NCBI GenBank assembly: GCA_945883425.1
Contig: CAMCXM010000003.1
Coordinates: 1,945-65,944 of the forward strand
Length of the DNA: 64,000 bases
Origin: Spirosoma fluviale
GTDB lineage: Bacteria > Bacteroidota > Bacteroidia > Cytophagales > Flexibacteraceae
Direction of reading: 5' to 3'
Part shown: in pieces, positions 20,285 through 30,045 of the stretch
Layout: each line of letters opens with the position of its first letter
Position numbering within the stretch: the first letter of the stretch is position 1
Notes under the pieces: model-generated
What the model saw: only the letters and a program-made list of their open reading frames with translations
Database searches by the model: none
Told to the model about the DNA's origin: nothing
Position numbers and translations under genes: made by a program

Positions 20285-21445
20285 ATGCCTTTTTATAACC
20301 GATTGGGTCAGATCCCGCCGAAACGACACACGCAATTCCGTCAGGCAGATGGAAGTTTATATTATGAAGAGCTCGTTAGTTCTTATGGATTCAGCGGCAT
20401 CTATTCGAACCTGTATCATACGTTTGCTCCCACCCGCGTTACGTCTATGGGTGCTGTTACTCCTTTAAACTACAGTTTCGACAAAGGGTATGGCCTAAAG
20501 CAAACACACATCAAAACCAGCATCATGGAACCAACCGGTTCTGATTTCATCGATGCGAAAATGCCAATGCTGGGCAATCAGGATGTCATCCTGTATATGC
20601 TGCTTTCAGACAACTTGTCGATGCCTTATTACTTCAAAAATGCAGAAGCAGATGAGGTTCTTTTTATTCATGAAGGAAGTGGAATACTGGAATCGCAGAT
20701 GGGTAGTTTCCAGTACAGGCCAGGCGACTATGTGGTTATCCCCAGAACCGTTATTTACCGGATCAAACCCGATAGCGGAAGGTCCAGATTTATGATTACC
20801 GAATCATTCAGTCCGGTCGAAACGGTTTCGCGTTACCGCAATGATATGGGGCAGCTTTTGGAGCATTCACCCTATTGTGAACGGGATATTCGTACTCCGG
20901 ATACCATCGTTCTGGAACTGGAAAAAGGATCCTACACCGTCAGGATAAAAAAGGACAATGCCATTCATGATTATGGGTACGAGCATTCGCCGTTTGATGT
21001 CGTTGGTTGGGATGGTTGCCTTTACCCGTATGCATTGTCCATTCATGATTTCGAACCCATAACGGGCAGAATTCACCAGCCACCGCCTGTTCACCAGACA
21101 TTTCAGGGACGGAATTTTGTTATCTGTTCCTTTGTACCACGTTTGTTTGACTACCATCCTCTCAGCATTCCAGCACCATACAACCACAGCAACATCGACA
21201 GTGATGAAGTACTGTATTATGTAGATGGTAATTTTATGAGCCGGAGAGGCATTGATGTCGGTTCCTTTACATTGCACCCAGGCGGACTTCCACACGGACC
21301 TCATCCAGGCACGGTAGAAGCCAGCATAGGAAAGAAAGAAACTCTGGAGCTCGCCGTTATGATAGACACATTCAAACCTTTGTATCCATCGGTTCAGGCA
21401 GAAAAATTTCTGGATTCAAATTACCCTTTCAGCTGGATTTCATGA
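20285..21445 (+). CDS. hmgA: homogentisate 1,2-dioxygenase
   Basis: 386 aa, the short Bacteroidota-type HGD. It begins MPFYNRLGQIPPKRHTQF and has a cupin core with C-terminal ...LHPGGLPHGPHPG. Confidence 0.88.
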   Translation: MPFYNRLGQIPPKRHTQFRQADGSLYYEELVSSYGFSGIYSNLYHTFAPTRVTSMGAVTPLNYSFDKGYGLKQTHIKTSIMEPTGSDFIDAKMPMLGNQDVILYMLLSDNLSMPYYFKNAEADEVLFIHEGSGILESQMGSFQYRPGDYVVIPRTVIYRIKPDSGRSRFMITESFSPVETVSRYRNDMGQLLEHSPYCERDIRTPDTIVLELEKGSYTVRIKKDNAIHDYGYEHSPFDVVGWDGCLYPYALSIHDFEPITGRIHQPPPVHQTFQGRNFVICSFVPRLFDYHPLSIPAPYNHSNIDSDEVLYYVDGNFMSRRGIDVGSFTLHPGGLPHGPHPGTVEASIGKKETLELAVMIDTFKPLYPSVQAEKFLDSNYPFSWIS

Positions 21446-22095
21446 AACACCATCCTGTCCGGAGAATGATTCAACTGGGATTGATTTTCCTTTTGTCAAT
21501 ACCTTGTTATTCGCAGAGGAAAGTGATCCAGTTTTCAGGATTGATTGTTTCAGGTGAACAATCCTATGGCGTGCCGTATGCATCGGTTTATGTTCCAAGA
21601 ACTACACGGGGAGCCGTCACAAATGACGTGGGTTACTTCTCTTTTCCTCTTCTTATCGGAGATACCTGCATTGTTCGGTCACAAGGATTCCGGCCGCAGA
21701 AATACATCATCCCTGATGACGGAAGGGTAAGCATCTCAGTAGTGTTGTACCTTCAGTCTGACACCACATTACTGCCTGAAGTGGAGATTCTTCCCTTTCC
21801 AACTGAAGCTGATTTTAAGAAAGCGTTCCTGGCCCTTCGTCTCCCGGATACCGATATGAACCGGATGAGGAGAAATCTCGATGCCAATGTGCTGGCCAGA
21901 ATGCAATATAACTTAGGATTGGACGGACGAATGAATCACATGTATTTTGTAAACCAGCAATCCTTTAGTACGGTAAATCAGAATTTCGTTCCAAACACAA
22001 CACAGATTTTGAATCCGTTTGCCTGGGGACAGTTTATTAAGTCGGTAAAAAAGGGCGAAGCTGACAGAAGGAAACGAGAAGAGGACGAAGATTAA
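21442..22095 (+). CDS. carboxypeptidase-regulatory-like domain protein
   Basis: It has a signal peptide, then FSGLIVSGEQSYGVPYASVYV...TNDVGYFSF, typical of the CarboxypepD_reg fold. It overlaps the hmgA stop by 4 nt. Confidence 0.7.
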   Translation: MKHHPVRRMIQLGLIFLLSIPCYSQRKVIQFSGLIVSGEQSYGVPYASVYVPRTTRGAVTNDVGYFSFPLLIGDTCIVRSQGFRPQKYIIPDDGRVSISVVLYLQSDTTLLPEVEILPFPTEADFKKAFLALRLPDTDMNRMRRNLDANVLARMQYNLGLDGRMNHMYFVNQQSFSTVNQNFVPNTTQILNPFAWGQFIKSVKKGEADRRKREEDED

Positions 22096-22098
22096 CTG

Positions 22099-22689
22099 TT
22101 ATTTGGATTCGGTGATCACGAATTTCCAGTCCTGTTTCAAATTCATAGGTTGTATTGTGAACGGTCCTGCAATTTGTTGTACAACTTTCTCTTTCCCTCT
22201 GAAAAAAATCATTTGGATATCTCCTTTCATTCCGGGGGCCGTAGCTGCTTTTACTTCATAAGTCAAAGACTCGCCCTTGGCCAGGCCTACAACTTTTAGG
22301 GTATCAGGATTTAAGAAGATACTACCAGAACCAAACACTTTCACTGAATGAACTGGTCCTGACTCGTTGGTCACCTTAACGGTAACCTTTGTTCTCGATT
22401 CATCTGTTGCCATGAGATAACAATAGCAAATCGGAAGAAATGCCAGAATGTAGGAGGAGGCATTTACACCTTTTCCTTCATTTGAATCGTCATTGGCATT
22501 CTTGAGCCAGCCCCAAAGAAACCACACCACCGACATCACCCATAAAAACACCCCAAAAACAAGTAATGGGACTGTAATTCCTTCAAGGACATCAAGTGAA
22601 AAATAGGCAATGATGGTTGCCAGAGAACAAAGAAAAATGGCGCCCAATGCCATCCACTTTGACAATTTCAGTAAGTCACCAAAAATCAT
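22099..22689 (-). CDS. hypothetical membrane protein
   Basis: 196 aa with about four predicted TM helices and a C-terminal soluble beta-rich part. It overlaps the upstream DUF6089-like gene by 4 nt. No family was recognised. Confidence 0.6.
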   Translation of the reverse strand: MIFGDLLKLSKWMALGAIFLCSLATIIAYFSLDVLEGITVPLLVFGVFLWVMSVVWFLWGWLKNANDDSNEGKGVNASSYILAFLPICYCYLMATDESRTKVTVKVTNESGPVHSVKVFGSGSIFLNPDTLKVVGLAKGESLTYEVKAATAPGMKGDIQMIFFRGKEKVVQQIAGPFTIQPMNLKQDWKFVITESK

Positions 22690-23414
22690 TTTTTATCGTC
22701 AGTCTGTTGATATTTGAAAGGGCAAATTACTTCCTTAATTGTATAACTCAGATTTATTCCAAAAAATGAATATACATCTTTGTCGTAGACGTTGCCCCGC
22801 TGCATATTCGTGAGTACCTCTCTATCACTCACATTATCCAGATAGTCGGTGAAGCTAAAACGCCCACCAAACTCAACTCCTATATTCCAGAATTGTCCAA
22901 CCTGATGCTTATAACCAAAACCAATCAATAAGGCTGGTTGAACCATTGAAACCTTGGATCCTTTCTCTAACTGCTCTGGTGAGAATACAAAAATTGATGG
23001 ACCACCAAAAAGGTAAGGAGAACCGAAAATAAATCGGTTCTTAGGATTTCGGTAATTGAAGAAATTATATTCTATCAATCCTGAAAACTCGAAAATGTCG
23101 GTTGAAAAAACATTGGGCTTGATTTGGGAAATATAAACATTGGGCGACAAGCCACCGTCTCCAACAAGTTTACCATACAAAATATTAAATCTACCAACAA
23201 CCGCCATACTAAAATTATAGCGGGCAAAAGCCTGAAAGCCAGGCTTTGAAAGCAACACATTCAGATGGGGATTCAGATCCCCTTTATAATTCAAAACACC
23301 AACTCCACCACCAAATTCATATCTCTGAGCCTGCAGAGTTGGAATAAATGGCACAAAAAAAATGAGGGCACAAAGCCCTCTGAGAAATGTTGGTAATCGC
23401 TTCATTAACTCCAT
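22686..23414 (-). CDS. outer-membrane beta-barrel protein, DUF6089-like
   Basis: It has a signal peptide ending in AQ, the motif YEFGGGVGVLNYKGDL, and C-terminal GGRFSFTDYLDNVSD. It is a paralogue of 1958-2878 and 23436-24563. Confidence 0.75.
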   Translation of the reverse strand: MELMKRLPTFLRGLCALIFFVPFIPTLQAQRYEFGGGVGVLNYKGDLNPHLNVLLSKPGFQAFARYNFSMAVVGRFNILYGKLVGDGGLSPNVYISQIKPNVFSTDIFEFSGLIEYNFFNYRNPKNRFIFGSPYLFGGPSIFVFSPEQLEKGSKVSMVQPALLIGFGYKHQVGQFWNIGVEFGGRFSFTDYLDNVSDREVLTNMQRGNVYDKDVYSFFGINLSYTIKEVICPFKYQQTDDKK

Positions 23415-23435
23415 AACGGAAGAAACGTCGATAGA

Positions 23436-24563
23436 TTAACGGAATTTTGGTGGCTTCTGTTTAATCTCAAGTATGTAAGCTAAGTGGATTGCTGTACACA
23501 GCCAGTAATCTCTTCGTTTGTTTCCTCTTGGGGCGGCACCGTTTTCATTTCCTGGTATTCTACTGAAAGGACCGGACTCTTTTTCTTCAGTTAAAAAAGG
23601 CCGTGCGCCTGCCAGTCCTGGATTTTTCCACCTCCTGAAAACATCCTGTCTTTTAGCGCTTTCAATTGCAGCAAAAGCTTCTCCTGAACGGTTGGAGAGA
23701 GTTACACCAAGCTCATTTCCATCCGCAATCATTTGCTTGTATACGGTATCGGCCGGGTATTTCCCGCTGACATCGTCTATGTAATCTGTGAAAACAAACC
23801 GATAACAAAATTCAAGACTTAAATCCCATTTATCAAGCAATCGGTATCGAACACCAACGCCCAACGGAATTCCAATCTGAAGCAATGAATATGGCCTTGG
23901 CGTTCCTGGAATTCCGGTAAACTGTCCTTCTGTACCCAATGGCTTAAGGTCAACCCATTCGCTGGGGGTTGCTCCTACCCCACTTTTAATTGGTGTCTTC
24001 GTCTGTGGATTGTGTCTAAAAATGCTGAGTCCAAGAATTCCGTATGGATTGATAAAATTTCGTCTTAAGTATCCTCTGTCTGTTGGAAACAATTCGAAAA
24101 CGCCTACCCCTGACAATTCAAAAATATCATTCCGAAAACTTAGGTTCCGGGTAAAACGCCCCCTGTCGTCTGCTGATGGTTTGGTTAGATCTGCCACGGA
24201 ATAGTCATCACCCCGCAATCTCATCCAGGTAAAACCTCCACGTACGGTGATATGCGGATGAATTCTGTGGAGATAAAAGCCCGTCATATAGGTACGGGTG
24301 TAACCAAGATTGGAACTTCCTCTTCTTGATTTTGGAGCCAGATCACCAAAATAATTTGCAATCCCCATACCTCCTCCAAATGAGATATATTTTTTTGATT
24401 TACTGAAATCCGTACGAACAGTAAAACGGGATATTTGCTTATTCCGTGTCTTGAGAGACGCTCTTTTAGCCCGCTTTCCAAGCTGACCATAGCCTGAGGT
24501 TATGGTTAGCAGAGATGCGCAAAGAGCAATCAAAAGGACAGATTGTATATTTTTTAGCCACAT
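23436..24563 (-). CDS. outer-membrane beta-barrel protein, DUF6089-like (long form)
   Basis: The start is probably ATG 24563 (MWLKNIQSVLLIALCASLL). It shares motifs with 1958-2878: RNLSFRNDIFELSG, L.PLGTEGQ and YRFVFTDYIDDVSG. Confidence 0.75.
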   Translation of the reverse strand: MWLKNIQSVLLIALCASLLTITSGYGQLGKRAKRASLKTRNKQISRFTVRTDFSKSKKYISFGGGMGIANYFGDLAPKSRRGSSNLGYTRTYMTGFYLHRIHPHITVRGGFTWMRLRGDDYSVADLTKPSADDRGRFTRNLSFRNDIFELSGVGVFELFPTDRGYLRRNFINPYGILGLSIFRHNPQTKTPIKSGVGATPSEWVDLKPLGTEGQFTGIPGTPRPYSLLQIGIPLGVGVRYRLLDKWDLSLEFCYRFVFTDYIDDVSGKYPADTVYKQMIADGNELGVTLSNRSGEAFAAIESAKRQDVFRRWKNPGLAGARPFLTEEKESGPFSRIPGNENGAAPRGNKRRDYWLCTAIHLAYILEIKQKPPKFR

Positions 24564-24661
24564 AAGGATATCTGAAATATCGAATTGCAATCCAAACACA
24601 ATTTTGGCAAAGCTAAACTTTAATTTTCTAATAGAAAAACACTGTAAGTTTTCCAACAAAA

Positions 24662-25540
24662 TTAATTGCGGAGGTCCTTCCCCCAGAACAACTTTTCTCT
24701 CAATATCTGCGAGAATGAGCTTCCGGGGACATTAAAAAACAAAGCTACTTTTGCACTTGTTTTTATACGGATTGCCTGGTTAATGGTAACCGACCTGGAC
24801 CGTGAATCCATGGAAATCATAATTTTTTGCTGCCTTCCCTTGGGTAAAAGACGAAGCACAACATCATCTGGCAACACGATCGGCCGCATAGAGAGATTAT
24901 GAGGACTCACGGGCGTAAGCACCAAACCTTTGCTCTGAGGCCATAAAATGGGTCCCCCGCAACTCAGGGAATATCCAGTTGAACCGGTTGGCGTTGATAC
25001 AATGAGTCCATCACCCCAGAATTCATTGAGAAACTCATCATTCAGATATGTTTGAATGGTAATCATTGAAGCCGTATCTTTCTTGGTAATGGATACTTCA
25101 TTCAAAGCAAAATTATGGCTCTTAAATGGGTTGTCTTCCGAAAGCTCTATTTCCAGAAGAGACCTCCTGGTCATTTCAGCTCTACCTTCCTGTAATATTG
25201 TTGCGACTTCTGCCAGCTTGGAGGAAATTATATTAGGAAGGAATCCCATCCGCCCGAAATTGACACCTAACAAAGGCACCTGGTGCGGAACGGCGTATAA
25301 AAGTGAGTCCAGAATCGTTCCATCACCACCAAGACTCAGCAATAATGAAAAAGATGAAATATCATCATCCTGCGAAAAAACAGAATACGGAAAAGAAGGA
25401 GTGAAAGACTTCTCCAATGGTTTCAGGAGACCGGATGAAAACCAGATATCAAATCCCTTCTCCCAAAAAACAAACGCAATTTCTCCGACTACCTGTGCCT
25501 GAATCTTATGCAGTGACAAAGCATGGAATCCAACCTTCAT
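24662..25540 (-). CDS. nadK: NAD kinase
   Basis: 292 aa with the GGDGT motif (SLGGDGTILD) and TPTGSTGYSLSCGGPI. Confidence 0.92.
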   Translation of the reverse strand: MKVGFHALSLHKIQAQVVGEIAFVFWEKGFDIWFSSGLLKPLEKSFTPSFPYSVFSQDDDISSFSLLLSLGGDGTILDSLLYAVPHQVPLLGVNFGRMGFLPNIISSKLAEVATILQEGRAEMTRRSLLEIELSEDNPFKSHNFALNEVSITKKDTASMITIQTYLNDEFLNEFWGDGLIVSTPTGSTGYSLSCGGPILWPQSKGLVLTPVSPHNLSMRPIVLPDDVVLRLLPKGRQQKIMISMDSRSRSVTINQAIRIKTSAKVALFFNVPGSSFSQILREKLFWGKDLRN

Positions 25541-25551
25541 CCGGAATCTAA

Positions 25552-26217
25552 TTAAATGCCGAGGTATTTCATTAACTGATCCAGGCGTTCCTGGTCGATG
25601 GAAGTGAGCTCACTTTTATGATGAACTTCCACCACATTATAATCAAATCGTTCGAGTGTGGCCACTACCCTGCTAAGGTCAGGAATATTAAACTTAAGGT
25701 GAACCAGTAAATTGAGATGAGTGAACGGATCTGTTTCGACCAAAACCGATAGAATTTTTGCTTCGTTTGATTCGGCAAGCCGGGAAATCTCGGAAAGGGA
25801 GTAGCTATGGGCCGCCACAGACAGGACCAAAATACCGCCTTCTGACTGAAACGAAAATGAATCGGCAATTAAACTGAGTACAGAATCCAGACGCACAACA
25901 CCTTCATAATGCTGTTCATCGTCAAGAACAGGCAACACTGGAATTCCAGCTTTTCGAAAAAGAGGCAGAATCTCAAAAATATGTTGCTTCTGGTTTACTT
26001 TCAGATCTGTCGTTTCCAGTGAACACTGGCCAACTGTTTCATTTATTTCCTTATCTGAATCGAGGTCTTCCAACGATAAAAATCCCAGGAATCGCTGTTG
26101 ATCCAGAACTGGTACGTAGAGTAAGCCATCCGGATAATCTTCGGAAAACACCTCATCCAGATCTGTTTCCAGACCCAGAGGATGAATTGAATTCTGAATT
26201 ACTTCCGAGACTAACAT
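25552..26217 (-). CDS. CBS-domain-containing protein
   Basis: 221 aa with paired CBS-like segments (VPVLD...G..S..DL). It shows the nadK-CBS-hydrolase synteny common in Bacteroidota. Confidence 0.8.
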   Translation of the reverse strand: MLVSEVIQNSIHPLGLETDLDEVFSEDYPDGLLYVPVLDQQRFLGFLSLEDLDSDKEINETVGQCSLETTDLKVNQKQHIFEILPLFRKAGIPVLPVLDDEQHYEGVVRLDSVLSLIADSFSFQSEGGILVLSVAAHSYSLSEISRLAESNEAKILSVLVETDPFTHLNLLVHLKFNIPDLSRVVATLERFDYNVVEVHHKSELTSIDQERLDQLMKYLGI

Positions 26218-27002
26218 TACTGGCGTTGAAGAAATTGAATCAATAAGTTATTAAAAAGTTCTGGCTGCTCCATCATTGGCGCATGGCAACATTTATCAAT
26301 GAAATACAATTCGCTTTTTGAAATGAGGCGGTTGAATTCATGGGCCACATGCGGAGGTGTGATGGTGTCATTTAATCCCCAGATGAGAAGCGTCGGGACA
26401 TTGATTTTATAGAGATCATTGGCCAGGTTGTGCCGCTGTGCTGATTTTGCGATGGCGACAATCGCCATACATTTTGATACGCTTTTTGTGATTTCAAACA
26501 CCTCCTGAATAAGGTCTTCCGAGGCGGTGGCAGGATCATAAAAAGTATAACCCACCCGTTCTTTTATATAGTCGTAACTACCTCTTTTCGGGAATGAACC
26601 ACCCATTGAGTTTTCAAACAAACCGGAACTTCCGGTGAGAATAAGCGTCTTAACGTGAGCCGGATGCTCAAAAGTGTATGCAATGGCAATGTGACCGCCC
26701 AATGAATTCCCAACAAGATGAAATTCGGTGAAACCCATCGATTTCACAAATCCTTCTACATATTTTCTCAGACCATCAATGGATGCCGACAAAATCGACA
26801 TTTCGTAAATAGGAAGAACCGGAACGATGACCCGATAGTGGTCCTGTAATGCTGAGATGGTTGGCTCCCAGTTGCTTAGGGCACCAAAAAGACCATGAAG
26901 CATCATCAGAACTTCGCCTTTCCCTTCATCGAGATATTTGTATTCTCCTTTTGTTCGTACTGTATAATTCACTTTCCCTTGTGGGTTTTGTCTGGGGGCC
27001 AA
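26217..27002 (-). CDS. alpha/beta-fold hydrolase
   Basis: 261 aa with HGLFGALSNW and the nucleophile elbow GNSLGG. The track start is TTG, so the start is uncertain. Confidence 0.85.
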   Translation of the reverse strand: MAPRQNPQGKVNYTVRTKGEYKYLDEGKGEVLMMLHGLFGALSNWEPTISALQDHYRVIVPVLPIYEMSILSASIDGLRKYVEGFVKSMGFTEFHLVGNSLGGHIAIAYTFEHPAHVKTLILTGSSGLFENSMGGSFPKRGSYDYIKERVGYTFYDPATASEDLIQEVFEITKSVSKCMAIVAIAKSAQRHNLANDLYKINVPTLLIWGLNDTITPPHVAHEFNRLISKSELYFIDKCCHAPMMEQPELFNNLLIQFLQRQ

Positions 27003-27055
27003 TTACGCCATTATTCGGGATACTTCGCAAAAAAGAAGGTTCCTTCCTCCAAGAA

Positions 27056-27622
27056 TTACCTGCATAAATTGAGCCAGTTCTGGAAAATTGTCAGTCCGTT
27101 TTCAGAAAGATGCGCTTCAGGGTGAAACTGAACCCCGCAAACCGGCAGACTGAAATGTTCAAATGCCATTATTTCCTTTTCTTCTGTTTCGAGTAAAATC
27201 TTCAATGGAGAAACAAGATCCGTTACCACAAGAGAATGATAACGAACGACTTCAAATTGGTCTGGTAAGCCTGTGATTAATTTCCCATCCAAAACCTTCA
27301 TCACAACTGATAATTTTCCATGATGGGGAATTCCTTTGCGAATACCGGCACCCAAACAAAAAGCTATTGCCTGAAAGCCAAGGCATATCCCAAAAGTTGG
27401 TTTGGATGTGATGGAATGCTGAACCAAAGCACATAAATCAGGCATGGTGGCTGGATTTCCGGGGCCGGGTGAAAACACGATACCGTCATACAATTGGTAG
27501 TCGGCGATTTTCACATCTGGTCTGGGAGCCACGGTTACTATAGCCCCACATTGCTCCAGGTAATCCTTCACATTGAATGTGAAGGAATCAAAATTATCCA
27601 CCAGCAAAATCTTTCGGTCCAT
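27056..27622 (-). CDS. aminodeoxychorismate/anthranilate synthase component II (glutamine amidotransferase)
   Basis: Start moved to ATG 27622 (MDRKILLVDNFDSFTFNV). It has the catalytic Cys in GICLGFQ and the His in VQFHPE. No component I gene is adjacent. Confidence 0.9.
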   Translation of the reverse strand: MDRKILLVDNFDSFTFNVKDYLEQCGAIVTVAPRPDVKIADYQLYDGIVFSPGPGNPATMPDLCALVQHSITSKPTFGICLGFQAIAFCLGAGIRKGIPHHGKLSVVMKVLDGKLITGLPDQFEVVRYHSLVVTDLVSPLKILLETEEKEIMAFEHFSLPVCGVQFHPEAHLSENGLTIFQNWLNLCR

Positions 27623-27642
27623 ATTTGGTTCTGAAAAATTCT

Positions 27643-29073
27643 CTACGGAAACGGAAAAAATGTGGCAGGACTGAAGAATGCCAGAAAGACAAACAAAGTG
27701 GCCAGAACCAACCACATCAGAGAAGCGGAAGAGTTGCGAAGGGTGTGGTCTTCGATCAGTCGGTTCCGAAAGATAAGGAAATATGGAATCCGATAATAGT
27801 AGCCAAAAGAGATAATTGTGGTACCCAGACCCATTCCAAACAAGAGGTACAGGACAGATTCAGAAAAGAGATTGGAGCCTTTTAGGATTCCCGCAAAAAT
27901 GAGAAGCTTTCCACTAAATCCGATGGTTGGTGGCAAGCCAATGAGTGACATCACCAGAATGATAAAAAGTACAGAAGGAAGAGGATGTGAGTGAAACTGC
28001 CCTGAAAAATCCGTAACGGAGAGACCGTCTTTCAAATGATTTTCAAAATACTGAACGGCACTGAAAGCTGCCTGTATCACGACTGCGTAACCGATTCCGA
28101 AAATGAGAAGCTGACTTTCTGCCCCGGAAATCTGTTTTGAAAAGATGGCCGGAATGAGCAGAAGCCCTGCCTGGCCAACCGCTGAAAATGCGAGCAGGTT
28201 TTTGATGGTCACTGAGCGAAGTGCGGCCAGATTCCCAAAGAAACTTCCGACCAGCGCCAGAACGACCAATGGAAATGTGAGGTTGGGTTCAATCCCGGCC
28301 ACCACATTCAACAACGCAAAGGCGGCTCCAACTTTGGGTGCAGATGCAATGAATCCGGCAAAGGGTGTAGGAGCGTTTTCATAGACTCCCTGAACCCAGA
28401 AGTGAAACGGAAATCCGCCCAGTTTGAATAACAAAAATGACAGATAGAACACCGCACCGGCGACAGGAAAAAAGGCAACCGATACCAGAAAATCATTTCC
28501 CGGATCTATGATGGTGCCCTGAAAACCCAAAATCCAGGTCAGGCCAAACAACCCGATGGCCGATGCCAGCGAGCCGGAAGCAAAATATTTCAGGACGGAT
28601 TCATTTGATGATTTGTCTTTTCCAGTGGGTCGGGCAAATGCATAAGCGCAAAACGAAAAACCTTCAGCAGCGAGAAACATCAGCCAAAGGGATTTGGCCT
28701 GAATGAGAATCGAAAGAGATAACTGACTGAGCAGCAATAATACAAGAAGTTCAGTTCTGACCTGAATCCCTCTTTCATTGCGCCACTCCAGGTACCCAAA
28801 AAGTGCAACAGATGCGGCAATACCAAAGTATTTTTTCAGATACCCACTCCAGAAGTAAAAACGAAGAGAATGGAAACTTCCTTCTACAGGAGTGTAGTCG
28901 GAAAGAAAAAAAGAAGCGCCAATTGCGAAAAGTGCGATCCAGAATGAAATGCCAAAAGCAGATTTTGTGGCAAATCCGTTCCAGAAGGCGATCAGAAGGG
29001 CGCCCAGAATAAGTGCAAGTTCGGATGCCAGACCTGATTCCAGCAGGAGATCCTTTAACTGAAGCAGGTTCAT
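27643..29073 (-). CDS. NuoN/ND2-family proton-conducting membrane subunit (stand-alone)
   Basis: 476 aa and polytopic, with the motif FPFHFWVQGVYENAPTPFAGFIASAPKVGA typical of NuoN/ND2. No other nuo genes are in the window. Confidence 0.8.
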   Translation of the reverse strand: MNLLQLKDLLLESGLASELALILGALLIAFWNGFATKSAFGISFWIALFAIGASFFLSDYTPVEGSFHSLRFYFWSGYLKKYFGIAASVALFGYLEWRNERGIQVRTELLVLLLLSQLSLSILIQAKSLWLMFLAAEGFSFCAYAFARPTGKDKSSNESVLKYFASGSLASAIGLFGLTWILGFQGTIIDPGNDFLVSVAFFPVAGAVFYLSFLLFKLGGFPFHFWVQGVYENAPTPFAGFIASAPKVGAAFALLNVVAGIEPNLTFPLVVLALVGSFFGNLAALRSVTIKNLLAFSAVGQAGLLLIPAIFSKQISGAESQLLIFGIGYAVVIQAAFSAVQYFENHLKDGLSVTDFSGQFHSHPLPSVLFIILVMSLIGLPPTIGFSGKLLIFAGILKGSNLFSESVLYLLFGMGLGTTIISFGYYYRIPYFLIFRNRLIEDHTLRNSSASLMWLVLATLFVFLAFFSPATFFPFP

Positions 29074-29100
29074 TCTGAAGAAACTTGTAAGTGTCCGACC

Positions 29101-30039
29101 TTATTTGGCCAATACTGTCTTGAAATAATCAAGTGTCAGTTTCAGTCCTTCTGCACGGTTCACTTTTGGTTCCCAGTTCAGAATTTCACGGGCCCGGGTA
29201 ATGTCTGGCTGCCGTTGTTTCGGATCGTCTTTCGGAAGTGGCTTATAAATAATTTTTGTCTTTGCCCCTGTCAGTGCTATGATCTCTTCCGCAAACTGAT
29301 TGATGGTGATTTCACTCGGATTTCCAATGTTCACCGGATTCGGATAATCACTCAATAACAAACGGTAAATTCCTTCCACCAGATCCGATACATAACAGAA
29401 AGACCGGGTTTGAGAACCATCTCCGAAAGCGGTAAGATCTTCTCCACGAAGAGCCTGACCAATGAAAGCAGGTAATACTCGGCCATCATCAAGTCTCATT
29501 CTTGGTCCATAGGTATTAAAAATCCGGATGATGCGGGTTTCCAGACCATGGTAGGTGTGGTATGCCATGGTGATGGCTTCCTGAAAACGCTTGGCTTCAT
29601 CATACACACCACGCGGACCAATTGGATTTACATTTCCCCAATAATCCTCATTTTGTGGATGAACCAACGGATCACCATATACTTCCGATGTGGAAGCAAT
29701 AAGGAAACGGGCCTTTTTCGATTTGGCCAGACCCAATAGATTGTGTGTTCCCAATGAACCCACTTTCAGTGTCTGGATCGGTAATTTCAGATAATCGATG
29801 GGAGAAGCCGGTGAAGCAAAGTGAAGGATGTAATCCAGTTCGCCCGGTACGTGAACGAATTTGGAGACATCATGGTTGTAGAACTCAAACTCCTTCAGTT
29901 TGAAAAGGTGCTCGATGTTGGCCAGATTTCCTGTGATGAGGTTATCCATGGCGATTACATGGTAGCCTTCTTTTATAAAGCGGTCACAAAGGTGAGAACC
30001 CAGAAATCCTGCCCCACCTGTAATTAGTACTCTCTTCAT
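29101..30039 (-). CDS. UDP-glucuronate decarboxylase (UDP-xylose synthase), SDR family
   Basis: 312 aa. It has the N-terminal [10 protein letters not shown] Rossmann motif and the YDEAKR catalytic motif. Overall it resembles UXS-type decarboxylases. Confidence 0.88.
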   Translation of the reverse strand: MKRVLITGGAGFLGSHLCDRFIKEGYHVIAMDNLITGNLANIEHLFKLKEFEFYNHDVSKFVHVPGELDYILHFASPASPIDYLKLPIQTLKVGSLGTHNLLGLAKSKKARFLIASTSEVYGDPLVHPQNEDYWGNVNPIGPRGVYDEAKRFQEAITMAYHTYHGLETRIIRIFNTYGPRMRLDDGRVLPAFIGQALRGEDLTAFGDGSQTRSFCYVSDLVEGIYRLLLSDYPNPVNIGNPSEITINQFAEEIIALTGAKTKIIYKPLPKDDPKQRQPDITRAREILNWEPKVNRAEGLKLTLDYFKTVLAK

Positions 30040-30045
30040 TATTTC

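Noticed and set aside
20867-21304. A 145-aa minus-strand ORF inside hmgA.
   Set aside because: It is antisense to a well-supported homogentisate dioxygenase ORF and has no motifs.
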